From Paecilomyces variotii (lineage: Eukaryota), in NCBI GenBank assembly GCA_004022145.1, contig RCNU01000014.1: 64,000 bases of DNA, one strand, 5' to 3'. The notes beneath the pieces were generated by a model. That model had not been told where the DNA came from. It ran no database searches and was given only the letters and a program-made list of their open reading frames with translations. The position numbers and the translations under genes were made by a program. Positions 1 to 12,583 of the stretch are shown here, in pieces; the stretch's first letter is position 1; each line of letters starts with the position of its first letter.

Positions 1-780
1 AAAAAATAAAGCCGCTATTAATATATTAATATAGAAGTATAAGATTAATTATATTAAAGTCTTATTATATAACCCGCAAGTAAATAAAGTAGTTAAAGTT
101 ATATATAAGTCCTTTATATATAATATTAGAAAACTTATAAAAAGAATAAGAATAAATTAAATAGATTATCTACTAATAATAATCTAGGCAGATAAGAATA
201 TAATTAAAACCTTTATAGGCTTAATACTATTTAGAGTAATTATAGGATATAATATTATACTGCTAATTAAACTAAAAGTACCTATCTAAAAGACTTTAAT
301 ATAAGATAAGGTTAGGACTATAGAAGATCTTCTACTCCTTTATATATAATAAATAAAGCTCTAAGATTAAAATATAAAAAAGGCCTAATTTTATATTTAA
401 TATATAAAAAAAACTAATAAAAAAGTTTTTAATAATAAGAAATAGCTCTATAAAGAATAACTAATAAAAGAATAGCTTATTCTGCTTTATAATATAAAGC
501 TTAAAATATCTTACTCTATAAAACTAGCATACTATTAGCTTAAACTATATAAGATTAAAAAAGTCTTTAAGAAAGAATCCTATAAGCTTAAGAAGTTAAA
601 TAATACGCCTTTTAAGAACTTAATTTATAGGAATTACTTAAAAGGCTACTATTTATAAAAAGATTAAAATAAAATACTAACTGCAAATAAAGATATAATA
701 CTTAAATAAGAAAATTAATAACTAAGTAATAATAATAATAATATAGACTAAATATTATCTAGATTAAAATATATAGTTAT
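1..780 (+). mobile_element. RIP-degraded integrase 3' region of an older Ty3/gypsy LTR retrotransposon (host of the nested insertion)
   Basis: Reversing C>T/G>A changes recovers integrase motifs: Y-N-P-Q-(A)-N-(G) at ~68-90, W..L..(V)IWAD(R).T..(ST)GL(TP)F at ~158-235, and a GPY/F-type KLA..W(LGP)YK at ~520-555. The sequence is extremely TpA-rich with many TAA/TAG stops. Confidence 0.7.
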
Positions 781-1090
781 TATTATAGTACTAGTATAGG
801 GGATAAGATAACTAACCCGCTAGCTAATACTTACCTAATTTAAAAGAGTAAGGACTATACTCTTCTAGATTATATAAGGTATTATATAACCTTATAAAGA
901 TATCTTTAGCATATAGCTTAATCCGAATTTAAGCTCCTTAAGCTATATCTTATTTACTAAGCCTGCCTGTAATAGCCTATTTTAGTCTAAATTAGCTAAA
1001 TAGAGATCTTATAGCTAGTCCTAGTATTAACTACCTTATTTTATTTATTTTAACCTGCTCTCTAAGCCTACATTTTAATATTATATAACT
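781..1090 (+). repeat. 5' LTR (RIP-mutated)
   Basis: Aligns with 6525-6768 (shared tatctttagcatatagctta, tactaagcctgcctgtaatagcct, cctgctctctaagccta); differences are mostly transitions. Confidence 0.9.
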
Positions 1091-4000
1091 TCTTATCTAA
1101 GAGTTAATATTATTAATAATGCCTGCCCTAATTCTTCTATTCCTGCTAACTATTCTAGGGGAGTTTATTAAATATATTATTACTAGCTATAAGCTAAAAT
1201 AGTATAATTATTATTACCTAGTATATAAATATATTACTAGGGCTAAGTTATCTATAAATAAAGCTAGCTAATATATTAAATAAACTAAGGCAAGGTCTTA
1301 AAAACTCTAGCAAGAGTTTGCAGTTATATAATAAAGGCTTAAATAAAAAAATATTAACCTTAAGGCTATTTAGTAATATTAGGAGATATAGCTTAATAAA
1401 AAGGAATAATAATATATTTAGGCTATTTTTAAAAGGGATTAAGCTTATTATATAGCTACTCTTACTATAAATATACCTATATTTATATTTAAATCTAAGC
1501 CTAGTATTAAGAGATCTGCAATTATTTTAGTAGAAGTATTTAAAATATTTATTATTATATCTTCCTTTATCTCTAAACTTTTAAAGAGATTCTTTAATCT
1601 AGATAAGTTTAAAGGCAATTAAAAGGATCTTTAATGCTTTATAGCCTAGATTTAAGAGAAGATAATAATTAATTAAGACTAATTCTTAATTTCTTAAAGC
1701 TATATAGCTTATATAATTAACTACTTAAAGAATATATTTTATACTTAAATATTATTATATATTAAAGATAGAACTTATATTCTTAGTAATTATTAAGAGA
1801 TTCTAGATATCTTAAAGCATATATTTAATAATTCTAATTATATAAATAATATATATAATAAACTATTTAACCTTTATTAAATTAATAAGAAATTTAAAAT
1901 TTTTTTTATTAAATTCTAGCGCCTAGCGCTAAAAGGAGAAATACTTAAAGAAATATTATTTACCTTGCTTAAGTAAGCTATTAGTTAAAAACTCTAAGAA
2001 ATATTATTATATAATTAGCCCCTAAGTTATAAGTATTATTAATTTATTAAATTCTTATAAGACCTTAAGAACTATTATTGCTAGTATATTATAAACTAGC
2101 CCTTTATTATAAAGATTTATATTACTATTTTAAAACCTATTTAATATATTTAATCTTCCTTACTTACTTTAAGTCTTACTCTAGCTATAAGATATAATAA
2201 TTAGCCCTAGAGAAGCCTTATATAAAAAAGTAAATTAGCCTTAGCGCAGCTGTATAATCTAATAAACCTAAATATTTTTAAACGCCTAAGCAGAAGAGGG
2301 TATAGCCTATTATATTATAAAACTAATGCCTATTTCTATTATAGCTCTCTAGAATATTATATTAAAGACTGCCTATATCTAAATAACTATTAGAAGATTT
2401 AGACTATAGCTATATATAAACCCTGTCTTTAAACTTCTTAGGCAATTTAGTTCTTAGACTTATATAATTTATCCCCCAGCTAGTTTTTAGTAAAAAGAGT
2501 AAGCTTAAAATAAGTTATAGCTAGGCTTAAAAACTATATATTATCTAAATCTCTATTATTACTATTTATAGAATTAACCTTAAGAAATATTTATAATAAT
2601 TAAAATTAATAATATTGCTTATAATATTAAAAAGGAAGAAGGAGAAGATCTATTTACTAACTTATACCCTACTTAATATTAGAGCTAAAGGATAAGGATT
2701 TATAAATTAAAGATAGGCTAAAGATTAAGAGTTAGAGCCTATTCTCTTAAAGAGCTTAATTATCCTATATATATTTAATAAAAGAGAATTAAAAAATAAG
2801 AAGATTATATACTATATCTAGATAAATATAAGAATTAAGAATTATTTTAAGAAAGATATTAAGTTCTATATTATTTAACTAGCGCACTACTCTATTATTT
2901 TAAGACTCTCTTAATTAAAATATTATAACCTATATCTATAATTTACTGTCTATAATATTATTTTTAATAGTAATTATTATTAAAAGAATTATAATATATC
3001 TTTAAAGCTAATTAAGATATCTACCCTATATAATATTCTCTTAAAGGCTTTACTCTAATATCTGCCCCTAAGATCTAGAGAACTAGAAAAGAGAAATATA
3101 GCCTTTATTTCTTTAGCCGCCTATTTTACCTATGCCTAAAAAAATATTTAAATATTTATAATTATTTTAGAAGACTTAAATATTATTCTAAAGATTAAAT
3201 AAGTCTAGAAAAAAGATTTTACCTGCCTGCTGCCTAAAGAGTTTAAGGATTATATTAATATCTTTTCTCCTAAGGAGATTAAGCGTCTATTATTATATTA
3301 TTTTTATAATTATAATATTAAGCTGCTGGAGAAGAAGTTACTTCCTTTTAAACCCCTATATACTATATTTTAAGATAAATTAAAGGTCTTAAAAGAATAG
3401 ATTAAAAAAAACCTAAAAAAAGGATTTATTTATTTAAACTTATTACCTGCTATATTTCTAATTCTATTTATTAAGAAGCCTAATAGAGGGATATAGATCT
3501 ATATAAATTACTAAGCCTTAAATATAATAATTATTAAAGACTAATACCCCCTATCTTTAATTAAGGAGACTCTAAATAATTTAAAAGAAATAAAGTATTT
3601 TATAAAGATTAATATTATTTCTATATTTAATAATCTTTATATTAAGAAAGAATAAGAATATTTAACTGCCTTCTATACTTAACTTAGCCTATTTAAATTA
3701 TTAATAATACTATTTAGCTTAATAAGAGTATTAGTAATATTTTAATAGTTTATTAATAATACCCTATAAGATTACCTTAATATCTTTTATACCGCATATC
3801 TTAATAATATCTTAATATATAGTATAATCTATTCTAAATATATCTAATATATCTATATTATTTTATAGAAGCTATATAAAGTAGGCCTATATATAAAGAT
3901 CTAGAAGTATAAGTTTATTATCTTTAAGACTAAGTTTTTAAGTATTATTATCGGCCGGGACTATATTAAGATAGACTTAAATAAGGTAAAAATAATTACT

Positions 4001-6524
4001 AAATAGAAGACCCTAATCTATATAATTAATATATAAGTCTTTATTAGGTTTAATAACTTTTATTATTAGTTTATTTATAACTTTTCTAAGATAATTATAT
4101 TGCTTATAAATTTAACCTAAAAGGAAGTCCTCTTTAATTAAATATCTGCCTATTAGTCTAGTTTTAAAGCCCTAAAAGAAGTATTTATTTAAGCCCTAAT
4201 CTTAAAATTATTTAATTAAACCTATAAGGTTATAGTTAAAATTAATTTATTTAATTATATATTAGCTAGAGTTATATTCTAGTATAATAATAAAGGAATT
4301 CTGTATCCTATTATATTTTTTTAAAGAAGCTTTTTATTATAGAGTATAATTATAAGATTTATAATAAAGAACTATTAGCAATTATTTATTACTTTAAGAA
4401 ATAATACCTTAAGCTTAAAGATATACTATTACTAATTAAAGTTATTATAGATTATTATAATCTAAAATATTTTATATTAATTAAGCTGCTAAACTAATAA
4501 TAGGCCTATTAATCTAAGTTTTTATCTTAGTTTAATTTTTAAATTATATATTATCCTAAAAAATAAGAAGTAAAGCCTAATATCTTAATTAGGAGGTTAA
4601 AAAATCTCTTTAAGAAGGGGGATAAATAGTTATAATATTAAAGCTAGATAGTCTTAAAAAAGGAGAATCTTAACCTATAGATTTAAAGATCTCTAAAACT
4701 AGAAGCTATTATTAAAAATTAAATAATAAGGTATATCTGCTTTGCTAATCTAATAGCTTAAGAGATTAGAAATCTTACTAAATCTATAAGAATACCTGCT
4801 TAACCTATTTTAAAAAGTTAATCTATTTAATCTAGAGAAGCTATTTAGTTTACCCTGCTGTTTAATTAATTTATTAAGATTATTTAATTTACTAAGGAGA
4901 TAATTTAATCTATTAAAAAGATTATTTAACTTATTAAAAAAATAGCCCCGCCTATTAAATAAGACTAGTTAAATTTTCTTATTATGCTTAATAAATTAAA
5001 ATACTTATTAGGTATTAAAGACTTACTAAATATAGCTTATCTATTTAATAACCTAATATAGTCTATTCTATAAGCCTTAGATTATAAAGCTAACTATTAC
5101 CCTAAGATTATACTAGCTAACTACTAATAAAGAAGAAAATATTTATATTATAGAGACTATCTATATATTTCTAATTATAATAAGCTAAAAGCCTATTTAT
5201 TATAAAAATATTATAATAAGTATATACCTAAATATCTTAAAAAATATAAGCTTTATAACTTAATCTTATAAAAGTATTATTAGCTAATATATATACTAAT
5301 ATATAAATTGCTAAACCTAGAATTACTATATCTACTACTATATTATACTCTTAAATAAAGGCTATTAAGAAGTCTTATATTAGCTCTTTATTCCTAAATA
5401 TTTTTAGCAAGATATCTTAATAGATTTTATTATTAAACTTATATCTTATTAAGGTTATAATATTATATTAGTTACTATAAACTAACTTATAAAGATAAAA
5501 TATTTTATTCCCTGCTAAGCTATCTGCAATATTAAAGGAGTAGTATAATTATATATCTGCTATATATAAAAGCTTTATAGGCTATTAAAGACTATAATAT
5601 TTAATTAAGGCCTTTAATTTATTATTACTTTTTAAAAATACTTAATCTAATATTTAAATATTATAAACCTACTATTTATTATTTATTATCCTAAGACTAA
5701 TAATTAAATTAAAAAAATAAATATTATCTTAAAATATTATCTATATGCCTATATTAGCTATTTATAAGATAATTAAGTTAATTAGCTATTTTTAGCTAAG
5801 TTTATATTAAACTCCTATTATTCTAAGATTATTAAAATATTATTTTTTTTATTAATTATAAGTTCTATTTATATATAAGATTTAAGCCTATTTAGCCTAT
5901 AAACTAGCCTATTATTAAAGATATTAAACCTTTATTAAAAAGATATAAGATATTATAAATTATATCTATATCTAAATCTATACTGCCTAAGCCTATTATA
6001 AAGAGCAGACTAATTATTGCTAAATCTTAGCCTACTATTATTATATAAGATAATTTATTTAATTAAATATTTAAAATATCTATATTTAATATCCCTAAAA
6101 AAAACTTAATTAGAAGAATCTTAGCCTATTCTATATTATTAAGATTATTAGCCTATATATTTATTAGCTTAACCTACCTATCTTAATATATATCTATCTT
6201 ATATTTAATATTAGCCTGCTTTACTCTATTATTAAAGACCCTATATCTAGATAAAAATAACTTTTATTATTATCTATTAAAGTTAATAGCCTTAAGAAAT
6301 AAGTTATTAAAGATATTTTAGACTCTTAATAGAAATATTATAGGTATAAAGGTTTTTAACTATAATATATTATTAAATAATTAGATTATAATAACTTAAC
6401 TAAAGAGTCTATATATTATTTATAATATATTTAAAAAATTATTATAAACTTTTATTACTACTATTTAAATAAGCTAAAGCTTAAGAATAGTTTTAATAAA
6501 GCTTAACTTTAAGAAGGGGAGTAT

Positions 6525-6768
6525 TATTATAGTGCTAGTATAGGGGATTATATAAGAAATTATATAATTTTATAAAAATATCTTTAGCATATAGCTTAAT
6601 TTAAATTTAAGCTTTTTAAGCTATATCTTATTTACTAAGCCTGCCTGTAATAGCCTGTTCTAGTCTAAATCAGCTAGATAAAGATCCTGTAGCTAATCCT
6701 AGTATTAACTACTTTATTCTATTTATTCTGACCTGCTCTCTAAGCCTATACCTTAATAGTTTATAATA
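6525..6768 (+). repeat. 3' LTR (RIP-mutated, ~66 bp shorter than the 5' LTR)
   Basis: Follows the polypurine tract; direct repeat of 781-1090 lacking the segment equivalent to 805-870. Confidence 0.9.
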
Positions 6769-7065
6769 TAATATTAAAATTACCTAATAAGATCTAAAGC
6801 TCTAGTAAGACTCTAGGCTTATAATTTATAAAGATCTAAGATTATAAAAGTAAAAATTTTAAGAAAGTATATAAAAAGGAGATAATCTCTAGATTATTTA
6901 GAAAATTAATTAATACTAAAATCTACTAGCTATTTATATTTAATAACTCTATCTAAATGCCTTAGCTATTCTGAGTTAAACTAAATATCTAATTAAACTA
7001 ATCTATAGTTCTTTTTTTATCTTTATTAATTCTATATAGATTAATATAGGTAGTATCCCGTTACA
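6769..7065. mobile_element. RIP-degraded repeat remnant, probably the 3' end/LTR of the host gypsy element
   Basis: AT/TpA-rich sequence ending in an LTR-like terminus ...ATCCCGTTACA at 7065, where base composition returns to normal. Confidence 0.45.
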
Positions 7066-9780
7066 GCTGCTATCCGGTTTATATAGGTGACACAGCAGCG
7101 GAACTCAGCAGGTTTGCAGCTCGCCCCCTGTAGGAGCCGCGGGATCTGACAAAATATCGTTTAGCCATAGAATACTTCGCTTTACTGGGTAGTTAGTTAA
7201 TCTGAAAATATATATTTTCACACATTTCATTACTGTAGTACTGTTATTTGCAGTGCTCTTGAAAACGACTTCCTTCAGGACAACTTCTACTTTCTATAAG
7301 AGTTATCACCTGAACCGGTATATTTATCTACGTTAGCTATCATAATCCTAACAGAGGAAGACTTTGACAGCTTTTCGCCTCGACCCGAAAAAAGACCTGG
7401 AAATCTCCTCCCCTCCAAAAAAGGTCCACAAGGACATTTGTAGATTATGAGAAGCTGCTGGTTACTTCGTGCATCAATATGCCTTCGAGACAATGAACGA
7501 CTCCTGAGTGCTCACTAGGCCCGCATCCGGAAACGTCCTCGTCTTAAGTACCCAGGATATGGCCCGACACACAATAAACGTCCCATTCAGAAAGTCAAAT
7601 GTGACAATTCAGAAACCTCATACGCACAAAATCAATTAGGGAAGCAAGATTCCCTATGTCTTGGTTGACAAGATTAGTACAGCATCGGCAAACCCCCACG
7701 GCGCGGGCGGTGAGATGGCAAAAACGGACTCAACGTCCCAAGATTCCAACCAAGGTCCAAGGCGAATGTAACAGAACTACCAGATGATTAGTTCTAAGAA
7801 CGATCTGTTTTCGGGGACGTTCTGCAAGCGGATAGCCCATTGTTTCGATAGTCGAGTATCCCTCTGGACAACGGCATGTGGAGACGCCGCAGGGAAAAAA
7901 CCATAATCTGTAAAGAATCCCCAGTCCACAGCATGGGCTTCTAGAATCTCATTTTGACTTTGCGTTCGTTCGTTAGTAGTAATAGCAACATGCTTCTTGG
8001 AACAAAGTGGAGAATGAGATGATGCTTTGACTGCCGTCCCTTGCATCGAGATCGTCTTGCAGAAACGGCCGCTTACGGCTCAAGGTTGCAGATGGTGGTT
8101 GCAACGGCGTCCAAGCTATCGAACTCACTGACTGACCATCCCATGCAAGCCGAACATGCGGCAGATTGGCAGCACGGACGCTCACGATCGCGTTGGCGAT
8201 GCTAGATCCATCTGGAACAAGCCCGTTGTTGAAGGTTTTGGCGCGTGGCAGTCGTGCGTTGCGCCGTTGATAATAATCCCCGAGGCTCGGAGCTTCACCG
8301 ATGCACGTAGTAGGCAGTCCTGCTCGTGATCTCGGTCTAGCGCGAAGGACGATTGATGATTCTTTGGGATTCCTTTTCTGATTCCGATAAGATAGGAGAT
8401 CGAGTTGAGCCGGATCACCCGACGGGGAGAAGTGATATCTCCCAGTTCAAAGCGTTGCCAGGTTCCGGGTAATGGTACCTCGACACTTTTGTAAAGACGA
8501 CAAAGCAACAGTAACGATTCTTTCTGCGAATGCAGACCAGCAGCTGGACGGGCCAAAATCACCTGCTGAGGGCAGGAGAAGGAGAGAACTTGCCTTCATA
8601 GGAACGTAGGCAGAGAACAACGATCAAACAGACAGAGACAACGAAGAAAAACCCAAACTGCAAGAAACCAACAAGACGAATCCAAAATCCACGGCAAAAA
8701 TATCTCCAGTCCAAAAAGAAATCCATCCCACGACTCACAAGACGACCATACCAAAACCTATCTTATCCATCCTCGATCCCGACAGGCAGACAGACAGACA
8801 GCGAGCACGAGCAACCCCCGTCTCTCCCTTCCCAATAGGTACCCGACTCACAACCCAAAATCCATGAGTCCCTCGCAAAGCAATTCCCAATCCCAATCCT
8901 CAAAACATCCAAACAAAAGATCCAAAGTAAAATCAAAAAAAGTGAAGTTCCAAAAAATAAAAGTTCTTCCTTTCCTTCTTACCTCATCCACCCACATCCA
9001 CCCCATCCAACCAACCACAACCCACCCATCCCATCCCCAATCCTATCCAACTCCGTTCGTCCGAAACCACCCACTTCGGAGACATGGAAACTATCCCACA
9101 ACAACGCACCCCCCCAGATCCCCCGGATTTTCATTTTTTAAAATAAGAAGCAGAACCTGATCTGCCAGATCCGATCTGCTATCCGTTCGGGAAGTCTAAA
9201 AAAGCTCGCCCCTCATTTCTAGTTCAGCCCACTTTGTACCTGAAGATCCGGGGTGCAGCTTGATGTATACCCCACCTGTGGGTACAACTTTATTGTGAGA
9301 TTTACTTTTGTATACTGTTCTTGGTGGTGAGGGTGATGGTGATGATAGTGGCTATTATGCTTGTGCTGATGATGTTGCTGGCGCTGGTTCTTGCATTTGG
9401 TGACCGTAGCGGGCTATACAAATACTGAGATAGGATAGGGAAATTATCATGGTGTTGTGGCACGTGAAATCGCGTGAAATGGACTCTCTGTTTTTCTTTC
9501 TGCTTCTCGGTCATGCCAGTTACTTCCTACGAAAACTTATACTGCAAAAGAATCTAGGAAGAAAATGTATATGATAAATCGTCTCATCAATTCTATTATT
9601 AAAAGCGGACTATATCGATCGACAGCGCGTTGAGGACGTTCAAGCAGCAGAGCGCCCATCGCTCTTCCGTATCTCGAGTATTCGTCCAGCGGAAACCGTC
9701 CATACCGTGCCATGCCGTACGAGCTTAATAACATCGATCATAAACAGAAAAAAGCACAGATATCTTTAAAAGCATGAACT

Positions 9781-11332
9781 TTATGCAGATCCGAATTCCT
9801 TAATAGTGGTTTGCTTGCCGCTGAGCGCCAGCGGCACGATGCCACTGACGTGCATGTCAGGGCCGTACACGTGCATGTTGAGTCCCAGCTCCTCGCCGAC
9901 GGCCTTGATGTTCTTCAGACCCTCCTGGTAGTTGGGACCGGCACGACGGACCCAGATCTGAGTCTTGTGCTCGTTGAGGACGGGGGCGACCTCGCGCAGA
10001 GCGCGGATGACACCCTTGAAGGTCGACGCGACGTTGGTGAAGTTGGCAATACCACCACCGATGAAGAGGACCTTGCCGTCTGGGTGCATAGGCGCACGCA
10101 GCATCAGGTCAAGGACAGTGCGAGCGTAGTTGAAAGTCTGGGTCTCGGTGGGAGCACCAGAGTACTCTCCGTAGTTGGCCAGTTCGCTGACGAAACCAGC
10201 AGAGGCGATGGCGTCGGCGTACACGACGGACGCACCACCACCGGCGACCAGGGTCCAGATACGACCGCTAGCGTTGAGAACGGTGAGCTTGAGGGAGGCA
10301 CCGGTCTTCGCGTCCATGTCGGCGATAAACTTCTCCTCCTTGCTCAGCTCTCGGCCGAAAGGCGCGGGGAACTCCATTGGGGGACCGGCGTCGATGGTCA
10401 CCTTGCCCTCATTCTTGGTGATCGCCAGACCCAGGGCTGCCGGGCTACGAGCGATGGCCCACTTGGTGCCGCACTCGAACTCAGCAGTCTGGTCCAGCTT
10501 GGCAGCCAGGTCGAGGAAGTGGACTTCCGCGGAGGTGGCATCCTCGTTGGGGATGACGACCAGAGGGTTGATCTCCAGGTATGTGAACTGGCAGTCGACG
10601 TAGACGGCGTAGAGGCGGGAGATGAAGTCAACAAGCACGTTGTGGACGCCCTTGGGGACATTCTTCAACAGCGTCGCAGCGATCTGCTCGTTGGAGGGGT
10701 AGTTCTTCAGGTTGACGGGGATGAGCAGCTTCTCAGCCTTTGCATCGACATCACCCACGTCAATACCACCCTCGTGCGTGAAGAGGACCCAATCACCCTA
10801 CTTTTGTTAGTCGCATGACTTACAATTGGATTTTCTTTCTTTTTTCTTTCTTTCTTTCTTTTTTTTTTCGGATGAGTCATCGGTTGCTTACCTCTCGCAC
10901 TGAGTTGATGTTGATGTAGTATTCCGTCTCCTGTGGGTGCGGCACAAATGGCTCGACCAGGAACTGGCGGAGAGCTCCCTTGACGGTCTCAACCTGGACG
11001 TCCTTGCCCGCGCGCGCCTCAATCCACTCCCGGGCTTCCTCCCAGGTCTTGTTCAGGGCCAGCAAACCGCTCTTACCCCGTCGCTTGATCAATTGATCTG
11101 GCTTTGCGACGAACTTGGCGCCCTTGGTGAGCAGCCACGGGTAAGTGGCCTCAGCCTGGTCCAGCACTCCCTTGACATCCGCATCTTCAGGGAAGTAGAT
11201 GGATGCGAGCTTTGGGGGCGGATTGTGAGTAGCTGCCTGTGGCAGAGGCGTGGGCTTGATGACGGGGGCTCTTGTGAGGTGGTAGTTGAGGATGGCCTTA
11301 CCATCGGCCTCCAGAATTGACTTTGCAGACAT
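9781..11332 (-). CDS. ACL2: ATP-citrate lyase subunit 2 (ATP-grasp, succinyl-CoA ligase beta-like); 2 exons, intron 10798-10891
   Basis: [12 protein letters not shown]..., [51 protein letters not shown] intron with CTAAC branch point. Confidence 0.97.
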
Positions 11333-11858
11333 TGTGGAGGAGCGGTCGTGTACAGGTGCAGGGGAAAAGAGCTATTGGGGGGGGAGGGAAAACAAGACAG
11401 ATAGATAGATAGATCGATAGAGGGGGAAGGAGGAAGGTCAGAACGGAAGTAAATAACTGTCCTGACAGAGAACAATTGGATGGTATGCTGACCAGGAGAA
11501 AAGAAAAAAGAAAGCAGGAGAGCGCACGGTGAGATAAAGCGGACGAGACGGAGCTGACTTGGAGTTTGCAGTCCCAACGCGTGTAAAAAAAAAATAAGCT
11601 GAGCTCCTGCCAGTGCCAGGAAGCAGAAGAAGAAGGGGGGGGGCAGAAAGATGGTGGGATTGTCACTTGGCGATGCGGATGGTCTGTTGAGCCGGTGGGT
11701 CATGCGGGTGTGCCCACCGGGGGGTCTGTGACTGGCGCTAATTTAGGGCGTTCGTTGGTTTGGCGGGGATCTGCCGGGTCTGGTCTCTGCTGGAGTGAGA
11801 GATGGGAATGCGATGACTGTGCGCCGCGCCCGTACGGAGAGGGAATGACTCCCAGGTC

Positions 11859-11922
11859 AATCATAATAATAATAATCATCATAATCATAATATCAACAAT
11901 TATAATAATAATAATAATAAAT
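11859..11922. repeat. (ATA/ATC)n trinucleotide microsatellite in the ACL divergent promoter
   Basis: Directly visible aatcataataatataatcatcataatcata...ataataataataata run. Confidence 0.85.
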
Positions 11923-12583
11923 AGACACAGTCAATGGCAGTTGACATAGAGTATATTGCGATGGCACGCGGGGGGTTTTCTGCTCTTGTTGTTTTTCGCC
12001 TGGGGATGTCACCCCCACCGGAGCTTTTTCGCGCGGAAAGAACCAGCTCTCTCTGCCAAAATTAATCAATAATGAATTACATTATTACCAGACGGGCGCA
12101 TCGGTGAGCAATTGCCAGGCCCACGAATGCTCCCATCCATTGGGGACAAGCTAAACCCGCAGCGGCTGACGGTGGCTCGTCCTGAACACGCCGCCTTGCA
12201 GCGGTGGTTCCCCCCAAAGCTCGAGACCGCATCACTTCCATTTGTTGAGTCTCTCGGCCGTTTTCTGGCTGCCTGTAAAACCCGCTCCCAGTCAATCCCT
12301 CCGTCGTCTCTTTCCTCGACTCTCCCCTTTCTTCCTCTTCCTCTTCCTCTTCATCAATCAATAAGTCCGCGTCGCGGTCCTTCATATTTTGTCCATCCTC
12401 TCCTCCATCACCCCTCCCTCCCCACGAGCTCTTCGTTGTCTTACTACCAAAGCTCAAGGGCATCTCATATAATCTCAGTAGCCGGATCGTACGGATAGAT
12501 AGGTGAGACTCTCTTGTGAGAACCACTGTGGGAACACCAAGCTAACATCGAGTCCAATTCTACAGAGAGCGACTGCCTTCACC

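Larger units (their letters stand above)
781..6768 (+). mobile_element. Near full-length, RIP-inactivated Ty3/gypsy chromovirus LTR retrotransposon
   Basis: Paired direct LTRs. RIP-mutated domains in gypsy order: gag zinc knuckle with CX2CX4HX4C spacing (~2331-2372); RT LF(V)KKP..DY(R)ALN..KD(R)YPL (~3460-3560) and YLDD read as TAT CTT AAT AAT ATC TTA ATA TAT AGT (3797-3823); RNase H NY(E)IY(D)KELLAII (~4350-4386); integrase (W)QDI(SM)DFI (~5405) and Y(H)P(E)T(DGQTE) (~5685); chromodomain-like tail (~6295-6480); polypurine tract AAGAAGGGGAG at 6511-6521. Confidence 0.93.

Noticed and set aside
7100..9250. Telomerase RNA candidate
   Set aside because: No CCCTAA-based template of about 1.5 repeats found on either strand.
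8864..9514. ORFs 8864-9160 (+) and 9302-9514 (-)
   Set aside because: Low-complexity translations of compositionally skewed DNA.
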